A DNA stretch of 64,000 nucleotides, taken from Perkinsus chesapeaki ATCC PRA-425 (lineage: Eukaryota; Protista; Perkinsozoa). The DNA lies in the NCBI GenBank assembly GCA_013115145.1, contig JAAPAO010000020.1, positions 68,811 through 132,810 of the forward strand, in the 5' to 3' direction. Of the stretch, positions 1-13,086 are shown in pieces. The notes below the pieces were generated by a model, which was given only the letters and a program-made list of their open reading frames with translations, was not told where the DNA came from and ran no database searches. The first letter of the stretch is position 1; every line of letters begins with the position of its first letter. The translations under genes and the position numbers were made by a program.

Positions 1-713
1 GTCAACAGAGAAAGCATATCCAGTTCAGAGTGGGAATAAATGTCAGTCTTCCCCACAATTCTAACAGCGTCCTAGTAAACCATTCCCGAGCGCTGGCACA
101 ATTAAAATCAACCGGATTCGTTCGTGAATTCCCCCATTTCGCGCCATGCGGTTGGTCCCACGTTATAATGAACTTTGTAGTTCCTCCTCCATTATTACAT
201 AGCATCATGCAGCCTCTCGGTTAGGAACATAAGCTGATGCTGCATCGCTGTAATAACACTCTTAGGAGGGGTTGGGCTGGTGTATACTACTGCTGGAGGG
301 GTTGCCATAATATAGAGGTAAACGACATACTAATAAAATTCACGTAGCGTGTGTGCTGCCAGCAGAGTACTGATCTGTACAAGGCTATAGTATTTTATAT
401 TCCCTTTTCTGTCTTCAGTGTTAGAGTTACACTCGGTAAATACTTCCCAATGATCATCACTAGGCTAATACTAATAAGAGCTTCCCTGGTAACATTACAG
501 TCCTTCCGCGGAGTCATGCGACCTCGCAGAAATGTGCTCTTCGAAGATCAAAACGTGTCCTTCATGGAGAGGAGATATATTGGCAATTTTGCTACAAGAT
601 ATGTTCCTAAGGCAAGCCTAACATCTGATGTTCCTCCACGCCCCCCTGGTCTGTTCTCCCAGCTCTACCAACCCAACCCAATCTTCCTCTACAAGTGACA
701 GCAAAGAGCATGA

Positions 714-1641
714 TCATCCAGCAGGAACTTCGCCCACCAGACTTGGCCGTCTGATCTAAATCACAGCAGATCCCCCAGTGTAGTGATGCTGCTGCTGCTC
801 TCCTATCACCTCTGCCGCTATCACAGCCCGAGCCTGAGCCTCCCTCCGCTGGGAACGGCGCAGCTCTTCCTCCTTCAACTCTGCTTCCTGTTCTTGATGC
901 TCGGAAATAACTAAATCACCAATCCATCAGTATTGACAAGGACATCTCTGACTAGTGTCCAGCAACATGTCCATATACCAGTCCATCAGACATGGTACTA
1001 CTATGGATAGGGCTGCAAAGGTGGTGAAGAGGATACCAATGATACCAAGCAACTTGTACCTTAGTCAACGCTCAAGTTCAACCACCGAAGATAGGAGCCA
1101 TCCAGCTATCTACGAATCAACCTATCGCGCTTACACACAACTGTTCAAGTAACACTGATGATAGCAACTCACCACCCAGTAAGCAAGCCCTTAGGACGGA
1201 GCTAAACTGAGTGGATAAGATAACTACTTAGAATATCAACCTTTCCGCCGACGTGCCTAACTTGAACTCCAAAGCACTGCGCTGTACTGTGAGAAGTAGA
1301 ACTCGGAATGTATTTTTTTGAAGGGTTCCTTCTTGAATGCATCAATCGATGCTGCCCACTCAGCACGAAGTTGGCATATTTTCCCTCCATCCGATGGATT
1401 ACCTTTTCTCACACCCCTGAGGATAGGACACACATTCCCTTTCACTAACATCCAGCCAGATATCCGGTGGAGCATTCTCAGGATACCCCCGATCCTCGCT
1501 GAACTCCCACCCATCCTCTCGGAACCTGCTCCTCGGTCAAAAGAGGTTTTTATTCAGACGTGAAAAACGAAGCCTACAGTAAATCAACTCCAAAATGAAT
1601 GCGATGCCGAGACCAAATTTGGAACGGGTCGCCTCGGCCAT
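714..1641 (-). CDS. Hypothetical multi-exon membrane protein with charged C-terminal tail
   Basis: ATG at 1641 (MAEATRSKFGLGIAFILELIY). Hydrophobic exon YKLLGIIGILFTTFAALSIVVPCL. Exon EHQEQEAELKEEELRRSQRREAQARAV, spliced to a stop at 714. Exon joins were only partly resolved. Confidence 0.45.
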
Positions 1642-2127
1642 CTATCGCCCAGCACCGGTGGCTACCTTCTGAAGATCTCCTGTTTAGCATCTTCAGGTGG
1701 AGGCCAAGTGACCTCAGCACACAAGCTGGTACTGTTAACAGATGGATCGATCTCCTCTATCCTCCCTCGATCTGACATCTCACAGTTATATGCCGGGTCT
1801 GGGAATCGAGCCTGTGCGCTTTATCATGCAAGAGTGTCGTACGTCGTGGTATCTCGACTGCGGTCTTTGTTGAACATGCTGTCATTTGTAGAGCGTGACA
1901 AAGGCTACTGCTTCTAGTGATCGCCCATGCCCTTATAGTGTTAGCGCTGCTACATGTGATGTGGACCGGTGGTGGCTGCGATAGACACCAGGCGTATCTT
2001 AGGTTGAAGCGGGTAAGATACGGAAATACTCAAAGCAGCGCAAGTCCGCCCGACCCTCCAGCAGTTGTTCACAAATCCCTAGCTAGCTTCAACCAGTACA
2101 TAAATTAGACGGCGTTCCTCCAGTTTC

Positions 2128-4371
2128 TCAGTTACTTGATAAGGTCATCACATTCGCCAATACCGACGATATTTGGGTGGGAGTGGTCGAGTAAGGGAGA
2201 TCAATTCCCGATTCAGTCTGAAGCTGCCCCCCGTACTTGGTGAATACAGGAGCAACAGTCCACTGAGATCTGGAGTCCGGATGTATCCCATCAACATCTG
2301 TTTTACTAGGCCAATCATCACTTGTCACCACAATCACCTCATGATACCGAGAAGTTGGTATCTATCAAACTGCCGCTCGCCTCCAGAATCCTCCTTTCAT
2401 TGCAGTTCACAATTAACAAAGACAAATGACACAACCTGGCTACTTCAAGGCTGCTGCTATCCTCAGAGGCTGCATTATGAGGTATTATTTATGATCAGTT
2501 AAATCATCCTCATCAATACGTACCAGATATCCTATCCAGAGATATACTACCCTCATCAGTGAAAGACTAACGAAATGATGTGTATGCTGTAATGCTGATA
2601 CATTCAGATGCATCACACAGCACTCTCTCCCATATGTTGATATTACAATAGGCAATCCATCAGCATCCTTCCCAAGAGATGGTGCTTCATACATTGTATC
2701 CCAGGGCAGTACCTGATAGGTAATCCTAACCGATACAGCTTACCATGCTCCCATACGCTACTTGACGACAGCCTAAATTGGTCTTTATTTGGGTGCTATA
2801 TATTGAGAGGAGGTAGACCCGGCAAGATATTTCCTCAACTATATACTGTATTTGCAGGAAAAATCTTCGGCAGCTTCGCAAATCTTGCCGCAACAGAATG
2901 TTTTTCAAGATTCCTTCCAGGCCAGCATACTAGCAACCCCTCAGAGGATTCCCAACTCCCTTAATGTGTTTCGATACCGACGCTCCATGCATTCACTTGC
3001 GGAAAATACGCCTTCCGTACATCCTTCTACTACCGGTTTCTTCCTCAAAGTCCTCACTATACTCTTGCTCAGATTAGCCGCAACAAATCCATCAGTTGCA
3101 TGAACGTAGGATCCATAAGCTGGCTGCTGAGTGTCTAGCTGGGACACAGATATACTGACGCCATCATAGAGCTCCCCAACCTACAAGGGAGAGAGTCGTC
3201 CGGTCATCCAGCCTCCTGAGAATACGTTTCCCAAAGGGGTTTCTAGTACGAGGATTCGATAGGGAAGATGTCGTAAGCAGGGAAAACACGGAGTGCATTC
3301 CCACTGTGTGGGACCCACAGTGTAAAACTTTTGCCAATATGCCCCCTTTGTGTCGGTTGTCCCCTCCCAAACACTACCATTTCTCCCATGCCCATCAACC
3401 TTCCATAACCCAATCCTGTCAGAGCTAGCGCGGGTACTGCCAGGATGAAACTAAAGGAAATCAAGCTTCCAAATGGAAGCTTCCCTCTGACCTGCAATGG
3501 TAATAGGAAAGGAAGGGCTTGGATGGGGTCAGAGTAGAGGAGAGCCGCGTCTTGGCTGCTAGGACCGGGACAAGCAGGAATCTGATTAAAGCAGTCATCC
3601 ACCTTGGGGAAGCCTAGTGGGTAGATATGATAGAGAAAGAGGCCCTTGATTAGGGTGCCCGATGAAGAAGTATTTGAATACGGACACAGCTGTAACACTC
3701 CGCATTACGACATGCTGATATTATCGTCTCAACCCACAAGCTCGGAGAGGAGCTAATGCAAAATGAAGCAGAGAGAGGTTATTTAGCGAGCTCAGTTGTA
3801 TCCGGCTTCCTTCCCCTATTACAGTCCCACTATAGCCACTACTGTTAGGGCAAGGTACACAATGCTACGATATCCTCCCACAGGCTGACCAGAGCTCCCA
3901 CTGCCTCCAACGAGCTCTCTTCGGCCTAATCTGATAGAAAAACCGCATTTGGGTAAGATACACTACCTAACACTTTACCGAGCAGCCGGGGTGTTCCAGT
4001 AGGTTATACCAATAATACAGGCGGTCAGTGTACCCAATGTGACGATATAAACAGCATACCTAAGATGAAGAAAAGGAGCATCTTAGACGATACCGATGGG
4101 CGCTTGCCATCCTGGAAATATTCCGTAATGTATGATACGAGTAAAGATTCATCACAAGGAGTGTTCCGAAGCCCGGTTACCACCTGCCCACTGGATACCG
4201 GAATTGTCTGTCATCTCCCCGCTCATCGCCCAATGCTTCCTTCATTAATATAGATGACATCCTTCTTGCTTCAAATGCCCTCTCTGCCTCCTCGTCTAGC
4301 TCCTTACGAGTAGGCTTACTGCTACCTCCTTCAGCAGAAGCCAGCCTATATGATCCCGATCGATCACGCAT
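2128..4371 (-). CDS. Hypothetical multi-exon protein with N-terminal hydrophobic segments
   Basis: Chain of same-strand ORF fragments (4177-4386, 3243-3698, 2941-3147, 2485-2694, 2128-2337) separated by GT-AG segments. A 34-bp intron joins MASAHR to YAVYIVTLGTLTACIIGITYW. No family recognised. Confidence 0.45.
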
Positions 4372-4492
4372 ACTAGGCACCACCACCAGGCTGAGCCCTT
4401 CCTAACCACTATACAACTCCAACACACAGTATGAGAGAAATCGGGTATTTGTATCATCATCTGCTAGATGGAACACTCCACTCAGATGTCAT

Positions 4493-5396
4493 TTAGGCCT
4501 CGGCAACCTTGGGCGCCTGAAGAGCATTACTAAGAACGGTGGGAGTTATAGCGTAAGCAACTCCAAAGAGGATTCAACTACGTTAACGGCGATGCCTGCC
4601 TTCTTGTCATTCTCCTTATCATCACCCTCAGGCGCCGCTACCTTCTTCTGCTCCTCCTCAGTGGCAACAGGCTCGTCGAGATCTGGGAGATCGTCAGCGT
4701 CGCTTTCGTCATCGGAATCAGGGGCGTCCATTCCTTGGCCTGGAGTAGTCAACTTGAGCTAAAGATACCATTATTAGATATTACCCATCTGCCCCATGAA
4801 GTCCTGCATACCGGCCATATCGAAGGCATTGCCACCGGGCTGAGAATAAGACGTTATGAGACTAAAGAGCGAGATGTGTCTACCTGCTCTGAGGCCTCGC
4901 CATCATCCCATCGTGACCAGTCAATTTGGATCCAGGAGGCCTAAAATATCAATCTGACCTCGTCTGGATCTCGCATGCTTCGAGGTAAGATATGAAAATG
5001 CTGCTGTACCTACCCGGATCTTCTCGCTCGTAAGACGGGGCCACTCGTCAGCCGCCTTCTTCTTTAAACAAAACTCGACAAGTCGTTTCTGCGAGTATCT
5101 AGTCATCGCAACACATACCCATCGGAACCATCCATGCCTAGGAGCTCACTTGGATTCTTCAGGAACAATCTCAGCGTAAAAAGTGATATCAAAAGCATAC
5201 TTATCTCCATGAGATACACCAGAGAACTTCAGAGTAGTGGGTTTGAGGTCGACCTAAGGGAAGTAGAGTCCAGTAGTCCAGTAGGTTCGGTAGGGACCTT
5301 CATATCCTCAACGCCCGAGAGATCAACGGTAAGCCATACATGTTCGTCTCTCTGGGCCCACTTAAGATTAGGTCGAAGAACGGCAGTGGTGGACAT
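4493..5396 (-). CDS. p23: Hsp90 co-chaperone p23 (CS domain)
   Basis: Spliced translation MSTTAVLRPNLKWAQRDEHVWLTVDL...EWPRLTSEKIRASWIQIDWSRW...DSDDESDADDLPDL matches the p23/Sba1 motifs (KWAQR, WPRLT, DW.RW, acidic tail). Confidence 0.93.
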
Positions 5397-5804
5397 TAGT
5401 CTTTATCAAATTATATACTGATGGCTATGTTATGGAGAGTGAAGCCGATATAGGCGTACCGATATAAGAGGAAGCTCTGTTCAATGTACTTGCAGGTACA
5501 ATGAACTGAGGGGGACGATGCTCTCATTCTATAACAGCCAAAGGTTCCCCTCTGGCATTGTGCAATAATGGCGGAGCGAAGCGATTCATGAATTACATTT
5601 TCGTTTACTGCGTAACTTGTGGGCAATCCCTATGCACAGTAGTTCCTAAAGGCACCTGTTCCTCTTACAAATGCCTTTTGAAACTACTTCTTCAGTAAAT
5701 CTTGTATTTGCCAACCCGAATTTCTGGTGACATAGCTAATAGTAGCCGTGACGCAACAATTCATCCCACCATTCCGATCGCCGTGCAGTTTTTACTCTTC
5801 GGCA

Positions 5805-7866
<2,062 letters not shown>

Positions 7867-9189
7867 TTTATTACAATTGCTACTGCTGCCGCTTTTTGGT
7901 CGCCCCATATATCATATATGTACAAATACCCGTTGCGGTGCGATGGGCGCTGAACCGCTCGGCATTTGCTTTTGCTAGTTTCACTTTGCAGGGCGGTCAA
8001 CCTTAGCTGCCACTGTTTAACTGTATCATAAAAGTATTGTGTTGGTCATGATGTAATAGGGTTTAAGTAGGTGCGGCAGGTAGTTTGAGGTACCCATTAA
8101 TGGATCCAGTCGGTGATACTTTACACAATGTTGTTCTGAAACCGTTGGCTTTCGTCTTTATTAGCAAGGTAAGGAGCGAACCATTGTCTGATCGTTGATG
8201 TCCGTCGTCATGCCAGGTTTGCATTAGTACATTTTTGGCAGCATTCAATATTCACCACAACTCGGTCGAGGACGCTGCCTACACCCAGCAAACTCTGTCG
8301 CATGCCTTAGGGTTGGGGTAGGCTAACTGCTGTTGCAGTGAGCTCGGAGGGGTATGGATCAGGTACATAGTCGCTGTATTGGTGCTGGATAGTCGCTTGA
8401 AGCACGGGATTACCTCATTCTTCAACTGCGCAGCGGTAAGTTACCTGAAATGTGGACGATCGTTACCCTATTGCCTTTCAGTTATGCTTCGCTTGAGCTC
8501 TACTTTGAGGATATTTGATCAACGATCAAATAATCATATCATGTTCGTTAAATCCTTGTCATGATGACTCGCATAAACGCGATCGTTACCTTTGTCTATC
8601 CGCTGTTGAGTTTCATCATAAAGTACCGTCGGCGTCGATGAAGGTTATAACACAGTCATTAAGTGGCCAATGCGTTATAGTAGAGCTGCATGGATCGGTG
8701 TAGCTGATGGAAAGAGGAGACAGTTCACGAGGTAATTCTGCCACGAAGAAGTGGCATTAGCACTTGCAATCCGTGGCCACGATAGGTCAACCCTGGCGAG
8801 GTGATCTCAATAGTTATTGGCAACGGCTGGCTACTGCGCATTGCCGAAATTGCCAATCGGTGCAGCGCTTCGCTCCGCTCATCGTGTGCGTGCTGGTCTT
8901 CGGGTGCGTAGCGCCTGCGACAGAAACTGCCAGTGCTTGGTGGCTTTACGGATCAATTTAACGTTGTGGTTAATCATACGGTATTCCGCTTGTGGAATCG
9001 CAATGCTTTGGGGTTTCAGAGACATCCGCCATCTTCCAACGGTTCTTTTTGACCGCGTTCATGCGCTGCGCGCTATTTTTCGTTGAGAGTTAATGCGTCC
9101 GATCCAGCAATACTGGCGTATCTTAGGTTGATGCATGCTGTCTTTGTGTAGGGCGCAAGATACGCTGACTTTTTTTCCACCCCTCTTGC

Positions 9190-12100
9190 ATGTCATCACA
9201 TTCTATCGACTCCCATTTGAGGGGCGGTGCTCCTTATCCCGATGAGGACCCCACATCTCTGGTTAGTGGGGCTGCCTTTGCTACTATGACCGAGGCCGCT
9301 GTGGTCTTCGTTGCCTTATGCTTTATGTATGCCCTCAAAGGGCTTGGGTCCCCGGTCACTGCAACAAGAGGCAATGCTGCTGGGTCTATTGGTATGTTGG
9401 TGGCGGTTGTATTTGCCTTCTACGATCCACACTTCACTTCCAAGTCTCTGGAAGTTGCGTTAATCTGCTTCGCGGTTGCTGCCGTTGCTGGTATTATGAT
9501 TGCTAACAAGGCTAAGATGATTATGATGCCGCAAATGGTTGCTGGTTTCCATGCTATGGTCGGCTTGGCGGCGGTTATGGTTGCCTTCGCTCGTTACTTT
9601 GATCCCAACGAGGAGATGAATTCCGCCCACTTAGTCGAGACTATGATTGGTATCTTCTTTGGTGCCATGACTCTCACCGGTTCCATTGTTGCTTGTGGTA
9701 AGCTTCATGGCATTATCCGTTCCAAGGCTCTCCTCCTTCCCTTTCGTCACTGGATCAACGGAAGCATCTGTGTCGGTTCAGTTATCCTCACTGTGTATCT
9801 CTGTATAGTCGGCAAGGGAACAACAGGCGGCGCGGTGTGCATTGGTATCGAAACCGGTATATGCCTTTACCTTGGTTGGGCTCTTGTCATGTCTATCGGT
9901 GGCGCCGATATGCCCGTTGTTGTTTCCATGTTGAACTCCTACTCCGGTTGGACTACAGTTGCTTGCGGTTTCATGCTCTCCAACACTATCCTTATCATCG
10001 CTGGTTCTCTCATCGGTTCTTCCGGTGCTATCCTTTCCTACATCATGTGCAAGGGTATGAACCGTTCCTTCACATCTGTCATCCTCGGTGGCTTCGGTGT
10101 TGAGGAGGGTCACACCGTCGAGGTTACCGGTGAAGTGACGGAGACGAATGTCGATGAAGTGTCGCACGATTTACTCAATGCCAAGTCGGTTATTATCGTT
10201 CCTGGTTACGGTATGGCTGTTGCTCGTTGCCAGCAGTCGGTAGCTGGTATAGCTGAGCTTCTGAGGTCCCAAGGCACTAAGGTAGAGTTCGCCATTCACC
10301 CTGTCGCTGGCCGTTTGCCGGGTCACATGAACGTGCTGCTCGCTGAGGCCAATGTTCCCTATGATATCGTTAAGGAGATGGACGAGATCAACCCTGAGTT
10401 CCCCAACACTGATGTCTCCGTCGTTTGCGGTGCTAACGATATTGTGAATCCGCTTGCTGTTGAGGATCTTTCCTCTCCCATCGGAGGCATGCCCGTCCTT
10501 GAGGTCTGGAAGGCCAAGAAATGTGTTGTGATGAAGCGTTCTATGGCCACCGGTTATTCTGGTATCGAGAACCCCTTGTTCTACAAGGAGAACACTCGTA
10601 TGCTCTTCGGTAACGCCAAAACAAGGACTCAAGAAATCCTAGCCGAACTTCAGAATTTGACGAAGGACATGCAGCCTGCTTCCGGCCCCGCAGCGAACGC
10701 CACAACACCGTTGTTAGCGGCCGACAAGAAGCCTGAGCCTCAGAAGGTTAAAGAGTATCCACCGGCTAAGAAGATCATCGGGGTGCTGAACGAGACAAAG
10801 AACTCGGAGGAGACTCGTGTGGCAATTGCTCCTAATGCTGTATCTAAGTTCCGTGAAATGGGCTACGGCTTCATTATGGAGAGCGGATGCGGTGAAAAAG
10901 CTTCGTTCCCTGACCGCTATTATGCAACTGAAGGTTGCAAGCTCGTCAAGTCTTCCGCGGAGGTTTTCAAGGCGGCAGATATCATCTGTAAGATTAACAC
11001 TCTGACCGAAGACGACATTAAGTCACTGAGGAAGGGTCAGATCGTTGTTACCTACTTGTGGCCTGCTTTCAACCCTGACCTCCTTAAGACTCTTGCTGCT
11101 AAGGGTGTCACTGCTATGTCCGTCGATGCTGTTCCTCGTATCACTCGTGCTCAGAAGTTGGATACTCTATCCTCCATGGCTAACATGGCTGGTTACAAGG
11201 CCGTCATTGAGGCTTTCCATCTCTTGCCTCGTTTTTCGAAGCCCCTCACCACTGCTGCGGGAGCGGTACCAGCTGCCAAGGTCTTCATCATTGGTGCTGG
11301 TGTCGCTGGTCTATCTGCAGTCGGAACAGCTCGTTCTCTTGGTGCTTTGGTCACTGCTAACGACACTCGTTCTGTTGTCAAGGAGCAGGTGGAATCTATG
11401 GGTGCCGAATTCGCTGAGGTGCCAGTTAAAGAGGAAGGTGCCGGTGCTGGTGGTTATGCCAAGGTGATGTCGGACGATTTCCGCAAGGCTCAGATGCAGC
11501 TATATGCTAGACTATGTGCTGATTCTGACGTTGTTATCACAACTGCTCAAATCCCCGGCAAGCCTGCTCCCCTTCTTATCACTAAGGATATGGTACATTC
11601 TATGAGGCCTGGTTCCGTGATCGTCGATCTTGCCGCCCAACAGGGTGGTAACTGTGAGCTCACTCAGAAGGATAAGACCATCGTCGATCCCGAGAGCGGT
11701 GTTACTATCGTTGGGGAATCCAATCTGGCTCGTTTCATGCCTGCTCAGGCTTCCGAGCTTTTCGCCGCTAACATGGGGCATCTCTTCAAGCATATGGGCG
11801 ATGCCGGCAGCTTGGATAACGCTATTGACCATCCGGACGAGGTCATTGGCCCTATCCGTTGCACCTACCATGGCCAAGTTACTTGGAAGCCTGCCGCTCC
11901 CCCTCCGCCTCCGCCGGCGGCAAAGGCTCCGGCGGCCAGCGCACCTCCGCCAGTTGCAGAGAAACCAGAGAAGAAAGAGCAATCCAATTTCTCCAAGTGG
12001 CTGAATTTCTTTATTGGCATTCTTATTGTCGGTGCTATTTGTATCTGTGCTGGTTTGAGTGATGATATGCAGCTGGTAAATCAACTAATGGCATTTGTTA

Positions 12101-12336
12101 TGGCTGTCATCATTGGTTACTTTTTGGTCTGGAGTGTTGACCCTGCATTGCATACACCGTTGATGTCGGTCACTAATGCTATATCGGGTATTATAGTTGT
12201 TGGTGCGATGACTCAATTGTCAGCTCAAGGCCACTTTGCGGCAGTGTGTGCCATTATTGGTACATTCTGTGCATCTTTCAATATCTTTGGTGGATTCTGG
12301 ATCACTAAACGCATGCTTGGCATGTTCCGTAGGTAA
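9190..12336 (+). CDS. NTH: Proton-translocating NAD(P) transhydrogenase, beta-alpha fusion, copy 1 (intronless)
   Basis: Single 1048-aa ORF. Beta motifs GGADMPVVVSMLNSYSGW, IVPGYGMAVA, HPVAGRLPGHMNVLLAEA. Alpha motifs RAQKLDTLSSMAN, GAGVAGL, LHTPLMSVTNAISG. Confidence 0.97.
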   Translation: MSSHSIDSHLRGGAPYPDEDPTSLVSGAAFATMTEAAVVFVALCFMYALKGLGSPVTATRGNAAGSIGMLVAVVFAFYDPHFTSKSLEVALICFAVAAVAGIMIANKAKMIMMPQMVAGFHAMVGLAAVMVAFARYFDPNEEMNSAHLVETMIGIFFGAMTLTGSIVACGKLHGIIRSKALLLPFRHWINGSICVGSVILTVYLCIVGKGTTGGAVCIGIETGICLYLGWALVMSIGGADMPVVVSMLNSYSGWTTVACGFMLSNTILIIAGSLIGSSGAILSYIMCKGMNRSFTSVILGGFGVEEGHTVEVTGEVTETNVDEVSHDLLNAKSVIIVPGYGMAVARCQQSVAGIAELLRSQGTKVEFAIHPVAGRLPGHMNVLLAEANVPYDIVKEMDEINPEFPNTDVSVVCGANDIVNPLAVEDLSSPIGGMPVLEVWKAKKCVVMKRSMATGYSGIENPLFYKENTRMLFGNAKTRTQEILAELQNLTKDMQPASGPAANATTPLLAADKKPEPQKVKEYPPAKKIIGVLNETKNSEETRVAIAPNAVSKFREMGYGFIMESGCGEKASFPDRYYATEGCKLVKSSAEVFKAADIICKINTLTEDDIKSLRKGQIVVTYLWPAFNPDLLKTLAAKGVTAMSVDAVPRITRAQKLDTLSSMANMAGYKAVIEAFHLLPRFSKPLTTAAGAVPAAKVFIIGAGVAGLSAVGTARSLGALVTANDTRSVVKEQVESMGAEFAEVPVKEEGAGAGGYAKVMSDDFRKAQMQLYARLCADSDVVITTAQIPGKPAPLLITKDMVHSMRPGSVIVDLAAQQGGNCELTQKDKTIVDPESGVTIVGESNLARFMPAQASELFAANMGHLFKHMGDAGSLDNAIDHPDEVIGPIRCTYHGQVTWKPAAPPPPPPAAKAPAASAPPPVAEKPEKKEQSNFSKWLNFFIGILIVGAICICAGLSDDMQLVNQLMAFVMAVIIGYFLVWSVDPALHTPLMSVTNAISGIIVVGAMTQLSAQGHFAAVCAIIGTFCASFNIFGGFWITKRMLGMFRR

Positions 12337-13086
12337 CCGATTAGCCTATGGTGATAATAATAATAATGGTCGTAATGTTTTCCGTAGTAGTGAGGTTCCG
12401 CTCGACTAAGAGTCCTAAAGCGGTGTACTGTTGCGTAGAGCAATGGACTGTAGCTGTGTTTTCGTGGTAGAAGCATATAGAGATTCACCATTATAACGGT
12501 AGAGTTATGATTACTTGCACGATTGACGTGGTATTGAGTCCATTGTACCGCAGACTGCTGATAACTCGTTTCATTCTATCATCCAAAGAAGGCCTTGGGT
12601 TTACCGAGTACGGTCTTGGGTTTACCGAGTCTTGCTTTCCCTGAAGTGGTGGCCGCGTGTAAATCTCGCTCGCCCAGAAAAAGTAGACAACACAAAGCGA
12701 CGAGCTTCGGCTCGCTAGTATCCTGATCGGGCCGGTATTCAAGTATGTGTTCGCTAGCCTTAGTGTCCGCAGCTTAAGTTCATTCGCCTTGGAGGAATGC
12801 AGGGTCATCTCGCATCACTATGGTCTTCTTTTAGAGAGTTTAATAATAAGGGTGTTCTTGCTTCATGGTGTTGTCACCTACAGGGTGGTAGGCATCGATT
12901 AGGCTATAGCGTGGTGGTTTGTGTCGGATCGCTGCTGCCAAGTCCGTCTTCTGACTTTTGTGGACGAGTAGTACTCTGGTTGCTTGGATTGATTCGTCAG
13001 CTGGGGAGTAATGTTGCGCTTAATAGGTTGGTGGTAAACAGTTGTTATTCACTTTCGTTCTTCAGTATCGTATTGTTAGTCGAGTA

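Noticed and set aside
1-309. Possible minus-strand gene start (MATPPAVVYTSPTPPK...) running off the window
   Set aside because: Too short and unrecognisable to support as a feature.
1663-1702. Inverted repeat CTGAAGAT..ATCTTCAG
   Set aside because: Only 8 perfect base pairs; within chance expectation.
8300-8325. Telomere-like ttagggttgggg
   Set aside because: One or two imperfect units only; expected by chance.
9100-9190. Spliced-leader relic upstream of the intronless genes
   Set aside because: No CCGTAGCCAT..GGCTCAAG match seen; only a weak ggcgcaag.
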